From: an uncultured Clostridia bacterium
Lineage (GTDB): Bacteria > Bacillota > Clostridia > TANB77 > CAG-508
Direction of reading: 5' to 3'
Assembly (NCBI GenBank): GCA_944393325.1
Contig: CALXZU010000001.1
Span: 35,209 to 99,208, forward strand
DNA length: 64,000 nucleotides
The notes beneath the pieces were generated by a model. That model ran no database searches, was not told the origin of the DNA, and worked only from the letters and a program-made list of their open reading frames with translations. The position numbers were made by a program, and so were the translations under genes. This document shows, in pieces, positions 38,499-48,513 of this stretch (the first letter of the stretch is position 1; each line of letters opens with the position of its first letter).

Positions 38499-39878
38499 AT
38501 GGATAAAGCAAGAAAATTAGCATTAAATATATTGTATAAAGTGGAAAAAGAAAATGCATATACTAATATTTTATTAAATGATGTAATTAATAAAAATAAA
38601 AAGGAATTAAATAATAAAGATATTGGCTTGATTTCAGAAATCGTATATGGCGTTACTACATGGAGAGTTACTATAGATGAAATTATAAAAAAATATTCCA
38701 AGATAAAAATAAAGAAAATTTCTCCATGGATTTTAAATATACTTAGACTGTCTATTTATCAAATTGTTTTTTTAGATAAAATACCAAAATCAGCAGCAGT
38801 AAACGAAGGTGTAAATTTAGCTAAGAAATATGGCAATAAAGGAAGTGTAGGTTTTACAAATGCGATTTTGAGAAAGGTTGATAAAGATACTGAAAGAGAT
38901 AAATTAAATAATATAAAATTAAATAATGATAATAATGATTTAGAAATTATTTCTAAATGCACATCAATGCCTATTTGGATAATAGAAGAATTAAAAAATG
39001 ATGGATTAAATAATGATAATATATTAGATATATGTAGAAAATCAAATATTAGACCTAATATTTCAATTAGGGTTAATAATTTAAAGATTAATAGAAAAGA
39101 ATTAGAAAAAATTTTAGATGATGAAAAAGTAAAAATTAAAAAAGATGGGATTTTAGAAGATTTTATTATATTAGATAAAATAAATGGAATTGAAGAACTT
39201 GAAAGTTTTAAAAACGGACTTTTTACAGTTCAAGATGAAGTTGCAGGTCTTCCAGCTATTATATTAAATCCAAAACAAAATGATAAAATTTTAGATAGTT
39301 GCAGTAGTCCTGGAGGAAAGACTACTTATATTGCAGAACTTATGAAAAACAAAGGTGAAATTTTAGCTTTTGATATCCATGAGCATAGAGTAAAATTAGT
39401 TGAAGAAAATGCAACTAGATTAGGAATTAATGTTATAAAAACAAAAGTAGAGGATGCAAGTATTTATAAAAAAGAATATAAAGAAAAATTTGATAAAATA
39501 CTTTTAGATGTTCCTTGTCTTGGAATAGGTGTTTTAAAAAGAAAACCTGATATTAAATGGCAGAAGAAAAAAGAGGATTTAGAGGAAATACAAAAATTAC
39601 AAATGGATATTTTAAATACATGTTCTAAATATTTAAAAATAGGAGGAGAACTTGTTTATTCTACATGTAGTATTTTTAAAAAAGAAAATAGATTTTTGAT
39701 AGAAGATTTTTTGAATAAAAATAAAAATTTTAAATTAGTAAATTTGAAAGATATTATAGAAGAAAAAATAGATAATAAATTCTTTTTAAGTTATTTAAAA
39801 AATGATAATTTTTTAGAGGTTTATCAAAATGAAAATACTGATGGATTTTTTATTTGTAAATTGGTAAAATGTGGATAA
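38499..39878 (+). CDS. rsmB: 16S rRNA (cytosine967-C5)-methyltransferase RsmB
   Basis: NusB-like N-terminus plus a methyltransferase core (DSCSSPGGKTTYIAE, LLDVPCLGIGVLKRKPD, YSTCS). Confidence 0.85.
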   Translation: MDKARKLALNILYKVEKENAYTNILLNDVINKNKKELNNKDIGLISEIVYGVTTWRVTIDEIIKKYSKIKIKKISPWILNILRLSIYQIVFLDKIPKSAAVNEGVNLAKKYGNKGSVGFTNAILRKVDKDTERDKLNNIKLNNDNNDLEIISKCTSMPIWIIEELKNDGLNNDNILDICRKSNIRPNISIRVNNLKINRKELEKILDDEKVKIKKDGILEDFIILDKINGIEELESFKNGLFTVQDEVAGLPAIILNPKQNDKILDSCSSPGGKTTYIAELMKNKGEILAFDIHEHRVKLVEENATRLGINVIKTKVEDASIYKKEYKEKFDKILLDVPCLGIGVLKRKPDIKWQKKKEDLEEIQKLQMDILNTCSKYLKIGGELVYSTCSIFKKENRFLIEDFLNKNKNFKLVNLKDIIEEKIDNKFFLSYLKNDNFLEVYQNENTDGFFICKLVKCG

Positions 39879-39889
39879 CAAACGACTTT

Positions 39890-39917
39890 ATTACAAAAAT
39901 ATTACAATTATATTACG
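39890..39917 (-). promoter_or_regulatory. triple direct repeat CGTAAT-N5-TGTAAT-N5-TGTAAT (WalR-box-like) abutting the pilus-operon promoter
   Basis: The plus strand reads ATTACA at 39890, ATTACA at 39901 and ATTACG at 39912 (11-bp period). The candidate -35 TTGACT is at 39933-39938. Confidence 0.4.
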
Positions 39918-40075
39918 GTTACGTTAAACCTATTGACTTTTTGCTAAATAAATATAAAATATAACTATATTTGAGAAATAGCGACATGAAAAAAATAGTA
40001 TTTTATTAAATATATTCTAGTATGTTTTTATACACAAATGCAAAAAATAAAAGTAAATAAAAAAAGGAGAGAAAA

Positions 40076-41695
40076 ATGTCAAGTTGTCTAGGGCTATATA
40101 TTGATGAACATATAATTAAATATGCAAAAGTGACTAAAGACCATGATAATTTAAAAGTTGAATCATTTGGTATTAAATTCTATGATAAAGTTGGGGATGC
40201 TATATCACAGGTAATTGAAGAAACATATAGCCAAAAAACTCCAATTAGTATAAACATGTCAGAAGAAATGTATAATTATTTTGATATGTTTGCATTGCTT
40301 ACTAAAAATGATTTACAAAAGGCAATCAATACGGAATTTGAATCTTATTGTGCTGATAAAGGATATAATCCAAATGTTTTTGAAACAAGATATGCAGTGG
40401 TAGATAATCAATTAGATAAAGATAAAATTAAAATTATACACATTGCAGATAATAAGATTGAATTAAACAAAAGAATACAAGAAGTAGAAGGATATCATTT
40501 GATTAACATTTCTCCTATTTCTATGGCAATTCCTAATTTAATTCAAGTAAGAAAAGACGAGAATTGCTTGGTTGTAAATATCGAAGATGATACAACAATT
40601 ACAACTGTTATGAATGGAAAGATCTTTAATATTGATATATTAGAAGAAGGTAGCAAAGATTTCTTGAGTAAAATTAATATTAAAGAAAATTCTTATTCAA
40701 AAGCATATGAAATTTGTAAAAATACTACTATATATACATCAGAAGGTAAAGAACTTCAAGTTGAAGAACAAACTTATTTGGAAGATATTATGCCTACATT
40801 ATACAATATAGTTACACAAGTAAATAAAATTATTAATACTAATACAGATAAAATTGAAAAAGTATATATAACAGGAACAGGAGCTCTTATTAATAATGTT
40901 GACTTATATTTCCAAGAATATGTAACAGATGCTGAATGTGAAATTTTAAAACCTTATTTTGTTGAAAGAACAAAAGATATAAGCATTAAAGATTATGTGG
41001 AAGTAAATTCAGCTATTTCCATGGCTTTAATTGGACTTGGCGAAGGTGTTACAGGTATGAATTTTAAGAAAAAGACTTTATCAGATCAAATACCTTCTTG
41101 GCTAAAAATTGAAGTTAATCCTGACCAAAGTAAAAAAGATAGAAAAAATTTAGGTGGATTTTTTACATGGGATTTGGGACAAAAATTGGATAATACTGAA
41201 AAAGGTTTGGTTAGAATAGCAGTAGCTTTATTTTTACTAGTTGTAATTTATAGTGGACTTTCAGGTACTATAAATTATATGATGGATCAAAAAGAAAAGG
41301 AAACAGATAGTTCGATTGCTAATACTAACAGTCAAATACAACTTGCAAATGCTGATAATGAAAATTTAAAAACTGGTATAGATATTTATAATAAGAAAAT
41401 TCAACAATTAGAAGAGACAAGTGAGAGATTACAAGATATAACAAGAACAAGAAATGCTATTCCTAATTTACTTAATCAGATTATGTCAGTTATACCAGAA
41501 AGTGTACAATTAACATCAATTCAAAATACAACTGATAGACATATTGTAATCAATGCACAATCTAATAAATATGAGCAATTAGGATATTTTGTAGCAAGAT
41601 TAAAAACTGATGTTATTTTAACAAATGTAACATCTACTTCAGGACAAAAGACAAATGGAGTTGTAACAATAAGTATAGAAGGAGATTTACCATGA
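40076..41695 (+). CDS. pilM: type IV pilus assembly protein, PilM-PilN fusion
   Basis: 539 aa. Actin-like N-terminal ATPase fold typical of PilM (LGLYIDEHIIKYAKV...), then a TM helix and a coiled coil or ferredoxin-like C-terminus as in PilN. Confidence 0.7.
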   Translation: MSSCLGLYIDEHIIKYAKVTKDHDNLKVESFGIKFYDKVGDAISQVIEETYSQKTPISINMSEEMYNYFDMFALLTKNDLQKAINTEFESYCADKGYNPNVFETRYAVVDNQLDKDKIKIIHIADNKIELNKRIQEVEGYHLINISPISMAIPNLIQVRKDENCLVVNIEDDTTITTVMNGKIFNIDILEEGSKDFLSKINIKENSYSKAYEICKNTTIYTSEGKELQVEEQTYLEDIMPTLYNIVTQVNKIINTNTDKIEKVYITGTGALINNVDLYFQEYVTDAECEILKPYFVERTKDISIKDYVEVNSAISMALIGLGEGVTGMNFKKKTLSDQIPSWLKIEVNPDQSKKDRKNLGGFFTWDLGQKLDNTEKGLVRIAVALFLLVVIYSGLSGTINYMMDQKEKETDSSIANTNSQIQLANADNENLKTGIDIYNKKIQQLEETSERLQDITRTRNAIPNLLNQIMSVIPESVQLTSIQNTTDRHIVINAQSNKYEQLGYFVARLKTDVILTNVTSTSGQKTNGVVTISIEGDLP

Positions 41696-42408
41696 AAAAA
41701 TTATTAATTTTAATTCTTATTGCTTTATTGTTAGCACTTTGTGGGTTTATTGCTATCCAAGGCGTTAGCTTGGGAAGTGTAAAAATCTTAGGAATAAGAG
41801 AAATGCAAGATAAAAACGCAGATTTGGAAGAAAAAATCCAAGAGGCTACATCTTTAGTTCAAAAAGATTATGCAAGTGCTAAAAATCAAGTAGAACAAAG
41901 TTCAGAAACATATGAAACGACTAAGAAAGATTATGAGGATAAAGTTATAATAAGTGAAGGCGGAGAAATTGAAGAATTAAGTAAACCATATGATATTGAA
42001 ACTTTGTGGGTAAGAATAGGTAACCATGCAAAAAGACAAGGTGTTGTGATGAATATGAATGTCGGACCTAGTACAACAGGAGCAGATGGAACTTACGATT
42101 TAGATTTCACAGTAACTGGTACTTATATTTGTATAACAGATTTTATTTCTGCTATAGAAAATGACAGTACTTTAGGATTTAAAATCGAAGAATTTAAGAT
42201 GGGACCTTCAGGTTCAGACTTACAAGCAACATTTACATGTAAAGATATTTCAATAAATAAAGAAGAGTTAAATACTTCTACAGTAATGACAACACAAAAT
42301 ACAAATACAGCAAATACAACTAATACAAACACTACAAATAATACAACAAACAGCTCAAATGCAACAAATAGTACAAATACAAGTGGAGAAGTTGAGGTTG
42401 TAGAATAG
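41692..42408 (+). CDS. PilO-like pilus assembly protein with an Asn/Thr-rich tail
   Basis: N-terminal TM helix plus coiled coil. Overlaps pilM/N by 4 nt. Assigned partly from its position in the T4P cluster. Confidence 0.5.
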   Translation: MKKLLILILIALLLALCGFIAIQGVSLGSVKILGIREMQDKNADLEEKIQEATSLVQKDYASAKNQVEQSSETYETTKKDYEDKVIISEGGEIEELSKPYDIETLWVRIGNHAKRQGVVMNMNVGPSTTGADGTYDLDFTVTGTYICITDFISAIENDSTLGFKIEEFKMGPSGSDLQATFTCKDISINKEELNTSTVMTTQNTNTANTTNTNTTNNTTNSSNATNSTNTSGEVEVVE

Positions 42409-42424
42409 AAAGGAAAAGAAAATT

Positions 42425-42877
42425 ATGGCAAAGTCAGTTATCAAAGAATTAATTATTGTTTTGTTACTATGTTTAGCTATAATACTTGTTTTGGGTATAT
42501 TGTTTTATGAATATATTCCATTAGCAAAGGAAGTACCTGAAGATGTAAAATATTCAACTTCAGACACAACAGAAGAACAAAAAACTGAAATAAGAGGATT
42601 AACTGCTGATGAAGAGTATTATAGTGGCGAAACTGATTCAATTAATTCTGATGATTTAAATAATTATAGAAGAACACAAGATTATGTACCTGGTAAAGCT
42701 AATCCATTTGCAGCATATGATACATCAAGTGGAAGTACAACAAATGGTTCTTCAACTGGAAGTTCAAGTTCAGGTAGTACAAGCGGAGGAAACAGTTCAT
42801 CAACATCAGGTTCTACATCAACTGATGACAGCTCATCAAGTGGAGGACATTTCTTCCAAAACACAGGTACAAAATAA
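42425..42877 (+). CDS. membrane-anchored protein with a Ser/Gly/Thr-rich C-terminus (pilus cluster)
   Basis: One TM helix, with a low-complexity SSGSTTNGSSTGSSSSGSTSGG tail. Confidence 0.5.
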   Translation: MAKSVIKELIIVLLLCLAIILVLGILFYEYIPLAKEVPEDVKYSTSDTTEEQKTEIRGLTADEEYYSGETDSINSDDLNNYRRTQDYVPGKANPFAAYDTSSGSTTNGSSTGSSSSGSTSGGNSSSTSGSTSTDDSSSSGGHFFQNTGTK

Positions 42878-42967
42878 TAAGTTGTTATTTAGTTTTTAAC
42901 GTTATATCTAATAATGATATAATACAATTATAAAAAATAATTCTAAAGAGGAAAGGGGGAAAAACAA

Positions 42968-43435
42968 ATGAAAAATAATAAAGGTATTACACTTATTGCT
43001 TTAGTTATTACTATCATCGTTCTATTAATCCTAGCAGGTGTATCAATTGCTATGCTAACAGGAGAAAATGGAATACTTACACAAGCAGAAAATTCTAAAA
43101 ATGATACATCAGACGCTGAAGTAGCAGATAGAATTAACATGGCATTAAATGGAGAATTTACAAATCTTTTAGTTGACGGATATTTTTCTGGAGGAAGTTC
43201 TACAAGTTTAGGAAATACAGATAAAATATTATCAGCTAATGGATTAGATGGTATAGAACCTACTTATACTGCAACTTTAGGTACTGGTAAAACAGATACA
43301 AGTTTTGTATTAAAAATATCAGCACCAAAACCATCAGATGCTACAAAAACAATAGAGGGATTAATAAAATATGTTGCAGGAAGCGGAAGTGAAGAAGGAC
43401 ATTATGAAATAGATTCAGCAGATTATCCACAATAA
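42968..43435 (+). CDS. pilA: type IV pilin (prepilin-type N-terminal domain)
   Basis: MKNNKG|ITLIALVITIIVLLILAGVSIAMLTGENGILTQA is a class III signal peptide followed by a hydrophobic helix. Confidence 0.8.
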   Translation: MKNNKGITLIALVITIIVLLILAGVSIAMLTGENGILTQAENSKNDTSDAEVADRINMALNGEFTNLLVDGYFSGGSSTSLGNTDKILSANGLDGIEPTYTATLGTGKTDTSFVLKISAPKPSDATKTIEGLIKYVAGSGSEEGHYEIDSADYPQ

Positions 43436-43455
43436 AATTAATGGAGGGAATTTAA

Positions 43456-43950
43456 ATGTTAAAAAATAATAAAGGTATTACTTTAATTGCTTTAGTAATT
43501 ACAATCATAGTTCTATTAATCCTAGCAGGTGTATCAATTGCAATGCTAACAGGTGAAAATGGAATATTAACACAAGCTCAAAAAGCAGATGACCATACAG
43601 CAATGGCAGAAGCAGCAGATAAAATTAATATGGCACTAAATGGTGAATTTACTAATTTATTAGCAGATGATGAGCTAACAGGGACATCACCTCAAAATAT
43701 AGCTAATAATAATGGTATTACTTATAGTCCTACAAAAAAAGACGATGAAACAAGTTTTAATATTACAGTAGAAAGTGATTTAACTCCTACTGATGGGGGA
43801 GCAATTTTAACAATTTCATCTAATGATTATCCTGGAATTTCTGGACATATAGAATATGTTCCTGCAACAGAGGCAAATACAGTAACAAATACAGCAGCAA
43901 CAGAGGAAACATATAAAATAGTTAGAGCTAAATATCCAACAGAATCATAG
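43456..43950 (+). CDS. pilA: type IV pilin, tandem paralog
   Basis: The first 40 or so residues are identical to the preceding pilin, and the globular part diverges. Confidence 0.8.
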   Translation: MLKNNKGITLIALVITIIVLLILAGVSIAMLTGENGILTQAQKADDHTAMAEAADKINMALNGEFTNLLADDELTGTSPQNIANNNGITYSPTKKDDETSFNITVESDLTPTDGGAILTISSNDYPGISGHIEYVPATEANTVTNTAATEETYKIVRAKYPTES

Positions 43951-44034
43951 AATAATAATCAATTAAAGTAAAAAATATATAAAAGCCATACGCACACTAT
44001 GTGTGTATGGCTAAATTATTAAAAGGGAAGAGAC

Positions 44035-44853
44035 ATGGAAATATATTTTTATTTGATAATATTTATAATGGGAAGTTTATTCGGAAGTTTTTATACTTTG
44101 GCAGTGTATAGAATACCAAAAAGACAAGATATAACACATACACATTCGTATTGTCCTAATTGTAATCATAAATTAGGTTTATTAGACTTATTCCCAATTG
44201 TAAGTTATATATTTTTAGGTGGAAAATGTAGATATTGTAAAGAAAAAATTAGACCAAGATATTTAATAATAGAAACATTATCAGGAGTATTATTTGTACT
44301 ATTAGCAGGAGCAATGAAACTAAGTTTAGCAGAACTTACATTGTTAAAAATTGTAGAATATGGCTTTATGGTACTTTATTTAACATATATAATATTAATA
44401 TGTGGAATAGATAAGGAAAATAGAAAAGTAAATAAATATGTAAATATCTATGGAATAGCAATATCAATTATGTATATGTCATATCTATGCATAGTAGAAG
44501 ACGCTAGTATATATAGATATGGAATATATCTAATATTGTACATACTAATTTTACTATTTGACACAATAACATTAAAAAGATTTGCAAAAAGTACTTATAC
44601 AATTGGAATATTATTAATGCTAGTTACAATGGCAGTATTTACAGGTGAATATGTAACAGCAAATGCAATAATAGTAACACTTTTAGCAATTGCAATATAT
44701 ATATTGTTATATAAACTAAAGAATAAAATGAGAAGAGAAGTAAAAACAGATAAGCAAATATCAGGTGAAATTAGTATAGCATTTAATTTAGGAACAGCAA
44801 ATGTAATAATCTTTATTTTAGTACTAATATATAATAATTATTATATTCTATAA
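44035..44853 (+). CDS. pilD: prepilin peptidase (A24 family)
   Basis: N-terminal Cys motif CPNCNHKL...GGKCRYCKEKI, then a polytopic membrane domain. Confidence 0.9.
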   Translation: MEIYFYLIIFIMGSLFGSFYTLAVYRIPKRQDITHTHSYCPNCNHKLGLLDLFPIVSYIFLGGKCRYCKEKIRPRYLIIETLSGVLFVLLAGAMKLSLAELTLLKIVEYGFMVLYLTYIILICGIDKENRKVNKYVNIYGIAISIMYMSYLCIVEDASIYRYGIYLILYILILLFDTITLKRFAKSTYTIGILLMLVTMAVFTGEYVTANAIIVTLLAIAIYILLYKLKNKMRREVKTDKQISGEISIAFNLGTANVIIFILVLIYNNYYIL

Positions 44854-44864
44854 AGGAGAAAAAC

Positions 44865-45281
44865 ATGAAAATACGTTGTGAAAAAGGATATACAGGTATA
44901 GATATAGCGGTATCAGTAGTAATAATGTTTATTTTTATATCAGTGGTAGCAATGCTTGTGTATCAAGTAAATAGCACATCAAGACAAATAGAATTAAAAG
45001 GAAATGCAATTTATTTTGCAACAAACGAAATAGAAACTGTAAAAATAGATGGTTTTGAAGAGTATGTAGGAAGAAGTGTCGAAAATGGAAATAGTAAAGT
45101 TGTAGAAAATGAAGAATTTATAGAAGGATTTTATAAAACAATAACAGTAGAAGATTATAAGGATATACAAACAGATGCAATAGCAGATGTAGTAAAAAAA
45201 GTTACAGTAAAGATCTCATATATGTTTCAAGGAGAAGAACAATCAGTAGAATTATCAACAATACTTTCAAAGGAGAATTAG
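44865..45281 (+). CDS. minor pilin-like protein
   Basis: MKIRCEKG|YTGIDIAVSVVIMFIFISVV is a degenerate prepilin leader plus helix. Confidence 0.5.
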   Translation: MKIRCEKGYTGIDIAVSVVIMFIFISVVAMLVYQVNSTSRQIELKGNAIYFATNEIETVKIDGFEEYVGRSVENGNSKVVENEEFIEGFYKTITVEDYKDIQTDAIADVVKKVTVKISYMFQGEEQSVELSTILSKEN

Positions 45282-45282
45282 A

Positions 45283-45699
45283 ATGAAATCTGAAAAAGGT
45301 ATAACAATAATTTCATTAATTATATATGTTATTGTATTATCTATTGTAATTGGAATGGTAGCAATAATATCAGGAGCATTTATGGATAGTATAGATGAAG
45401 CAGATATGTATACAGATCCAATAGAAGAATATACAACATTTAATAGTTATTTTTCAGAAGAAGTAAATCATCCAGGATTAGAAGTTGTGCAATGCCAAGA
45501 TGATTACGTATTATTTAGTAATGGTGTACAATATTCATTTATAAGCGAAAATAGAGGGATATACAAAGATAAAGTAAAAATTTGTAGAAATATAGATTTT
45601 TGTGGTTTTTCACAATCAATAAAAAATGGAAAAACAGTAATAACAGTAGAATTTAGTGTAGATGGACAGAAAAGAACAACTAATTATGCCTTAAAATAG
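45283..45699 (+). CDS. minor pilin-like protein
   Basis: MKSEKG|ITIISLIIYVIVLSIVIG is a prepilin-like N-terminus. Confidence 0.55.
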   Translation: MKSEKGITIISLIIYVIVLSIVIGMVAIISGAFMDSIDEADMYTDPIEEYTTFNSYFSEEVNHPGLEVVQCQDDYVLFSNGVQYSFISENRGIYKDKVKICRNIDFCGFSQSIKNGKTVITVEFSVDGQKRTTNYALK

Positions 45700-45748
45700 T
45701 TTATAATTATTATAATTTAGTAGATTACTAAAGAAAGGAAGAAAGTAT

Positions 45749-47384
45749 ATGGATATGAAAAGAAGACAACCAATAGGTGTCGAATTAGTAAAAAGAGGAG
45801 TAGTCACAGAAGGTGACATAGAAAGAGCCTTAGAATATCAAAAACAACATACAAATAGAAAAATAGGAGATATTTTATATTTATTAGATGTATGTGACCC
45901 ATATAAACTAATAGAAAATATAGGAGATATAATTGGAACAAAAGGAATTTTATTAACAAATAGAAATTTAAAATTAAAAGTAACAGATTATATATCATTA
46001 GATGTAGCTAAAAAGAATAAAGCAGTACCATTTGAAGTAGAAGCAGGAAAGATAAAAGTGTGTTTTGCAAATACAGTAAACACAAGAGCAATGGAGACAG
46101 TGCGTTTACTTATGCTTAATAAAGGTTTAGTAATGGAAAATTATATCACATTTGAACCTGAAATAGAAAGAATATTAAAATCATATGAAGGAACAGCAAC
46201 AGATAATTTTACTACAACGGGAAGAAATGACTCAATAACATCACTAGTAGATAGTATAATAAAAACAGGAATGGAAAGAAGAGCAAGTGATATTCATATA
46301 GAACCAATGCAAAATAAAGTAAGAGTAAGATATAGAATTGACGGTGAATTATTTACAGCAGCAAATATAGATAAATCAAAACAACAACAAATAATAGGAA
46401 GACTAAAAGCAATATCAAATATGCATCAAGAAAAACAAGAATCACAAGATGGAAGAATATTAATGTATGATGATTATAACATACGTGTATCATCACAACC
46501 AAATGTATATGGAGAAAAATTTGTTTTAAGATTACTAAAAAAAGACATAAATATAAGAAACATCTTTGATCTAGGTTTACCTGCAACAGAAAAAGAATTA
46601 CAAAAAAGTATAAATAAGAAAAACAGTATAACAATAATGGCAGCACCAACAGGAGAAGGTAAAACAACAAGTTTATATAGTATAATAGATTATCTAAATA
46701 GACCAGAAATAAATATAACAACAATAGAAGATCCAGTAGAAATACGTATTGAAGGACTAAATCAAATAGAAATAGATCCAAGAGTAACTTTTGCGGAATC
46801 ATTAAGAACAGTATTAAGACAAGATCCAGATATAATCTTAGTAGGAGAAATACGTGATAAAGAAACAGGAGAAATAGCAATTCAGGCAGGACAAACAGGA
46901 CATTATGTTTTATCTACAATACACACAATAGATAGTTTGGAAGTAATAACAAGATTAAGAAAAATGGGACTTTCAGATTATGATATATCAAGTACATTGG
47001 CAACAGTAATATCACAAAGATTAGTAAGAAGATTATGTACAAGTTGTAGAAAAGAAAGAAAATTTAATGACGAAGAAAAGAAAATAATAAATGCAATTGG
47101 AGAAAAATATGGAGTAGAATTTGATACATCAGGAATAACATATGATGCAGTAGGTTGTAAACATTGTAATAATACAGGATATTATGATAGACTTCGGAAT
47201 ATTTGAAATATTAAATGTAACAGATAAAATAAAATCACAAATAATGGACGGAAAATCAAGCATACAGATAAGAGAAGAAGCTGTAAAAGAAGGATATAAA
47301 CCATTAATTGTAGATGGAATAAAAAAAGTAATAGAAGGACATACAACTTTAGAAGAATTAAATAAAAAATTATTATTCATTTAA
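45749..47384 (+). CDS. pilB: type IV pilus assembly ATPase PilB (GspE family), frameshifted at CGG 47195-47197
   Basis: Walker A AAPTGEGKTT, Asp box, His box, and a tetracysteine motif CTSC...CKHC. Skipping C47195 joins ...NTGYYDRL-G-IFEILNVTDKIK (ORF 47184..47384). Confidence 0.9.
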
Positions 47385-47396
47385 GGAGGATATGAA

Positions 47397-48494
47397 ATGA
47401 ATTTAGATAAATATATAGATGAGGCAATGAAACTTGACGCATCAGATGTACACTTAATACCAGGTAATAAGCCAATGCTAAGAATAGCAAGAGACTTAAT
47501 ACCAGTAGAAGGAAGTAAAATTCTAACACCAGATGACATGTTTGAAATTTATGATTATTTAGTAAAAGGAAATGTAGATAAAGATGAAGTTTTTAATACA
47601 ACAAGAAAATTGGATATGTCATATGTATATAAAGATATACGTTTAAGAGTAAATATATCACTATCAGATGAGGTACCAATAGTAACAATGAGACTTATAA
47701 AAAATGAATTGCCAACTTATGAGTCACTAGGTGTACCAGATATAGTTAGAAGAATGACTTATCAGCCACAAGGATTAATATTAGTTACAGGTAAAACAAA
47801 CTCTGGTAAAACAACAACTTTAAATGCTTTAATAAATTATATAAACGAAAATCAAAACAAAAAAATATTGACATTAGAAAATCCAGTAGAATATAAACAT
47901 CATTCTAAAAAATCATTAATTGTACAAAAGGAAGTAGGAAGAGGAAGAGACAGTCTAACATTTAGTGATGGTGTTAAAAACTCATTAAGAGAAGACTGCG
48001 ATATATTAGTAATAGGAGAGATACGTGATAAAATAACAATGGAAGCAGCAATTGAAATGGCAGAATCTGGACATTTAGTAATAGGGACACTTCATACAAA
48101 ATCATGTGCAGAAACAATAGATAGAATGATAAACTTCTATGAAGTAAGAGACCAAGCAAGTATTAAATATTTATTATCAGCATTATTAAAACTTGTAGTA
48201 TCACAAAGATTGTTAAAAGGAACAGATGGAAAATTAGTATTAGTTCCAGAAGTAATGGTAGTAGATAATATAGTTGCAGGTATAATTAGAAAAGAAAAAC
48301 TTAGCGTATCAGAAATAGAAGATGCAATACAAAGTAATTTAGAAAAAGGAAGTATCGGTTTAATAAATTCTTTAGCAGAATTATTTGTTGAAGATAGAAT
48401 AACATTAGAACAGGCAAAAGCACAGATTGAAGAGAAAAATATAGAAACATTAAATAGAACGATAATGCAATTAAAAATTAAAAAGGGAAAATAA
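47397..48494 (+). CDS. pilT: twitching-motility (retraction) ATPase PilT
   Basis: 365 aa. DVHLIPG, Walker A GKTNSGKTTT, EIRD, GHLVIGTLHT. Confidence 0.9.
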   Translation: MNLDKYIDEAMKLDASDVHLIPGNKPMLRIARDLIPVEGSKILTPDDMFEIYDYLVKGNVDKDEVFNTTRKLDMSYVYKDIRLRVNISLSDEVPIVTMRLIKNELPTYESLGVPDIVRRMTYQPQGLILVTGKTNSGKTTTLNALINYINENQNKKILTLENPVEYKHHSKKSLIVQKEVGRGRDSLTFSDGVKNSLREDCDILVIGEIRDKITMEAAIEMAESGHLVIGTLHTKSCAETIDRMINFYEVRDQASIKYLLSALLKLVVSQRLLKGTDGKLVLVPEVMVVDNIVAGIIRKEKLSVSEIEDAIQSNLEKGSIGLINSLAELFVEDRITLEQAKAQIEEKNIETLNRTIMQLKIKKGK

Positions 48495-48513
48495 AAAAAG
48501 GAGGTAAACTCTC

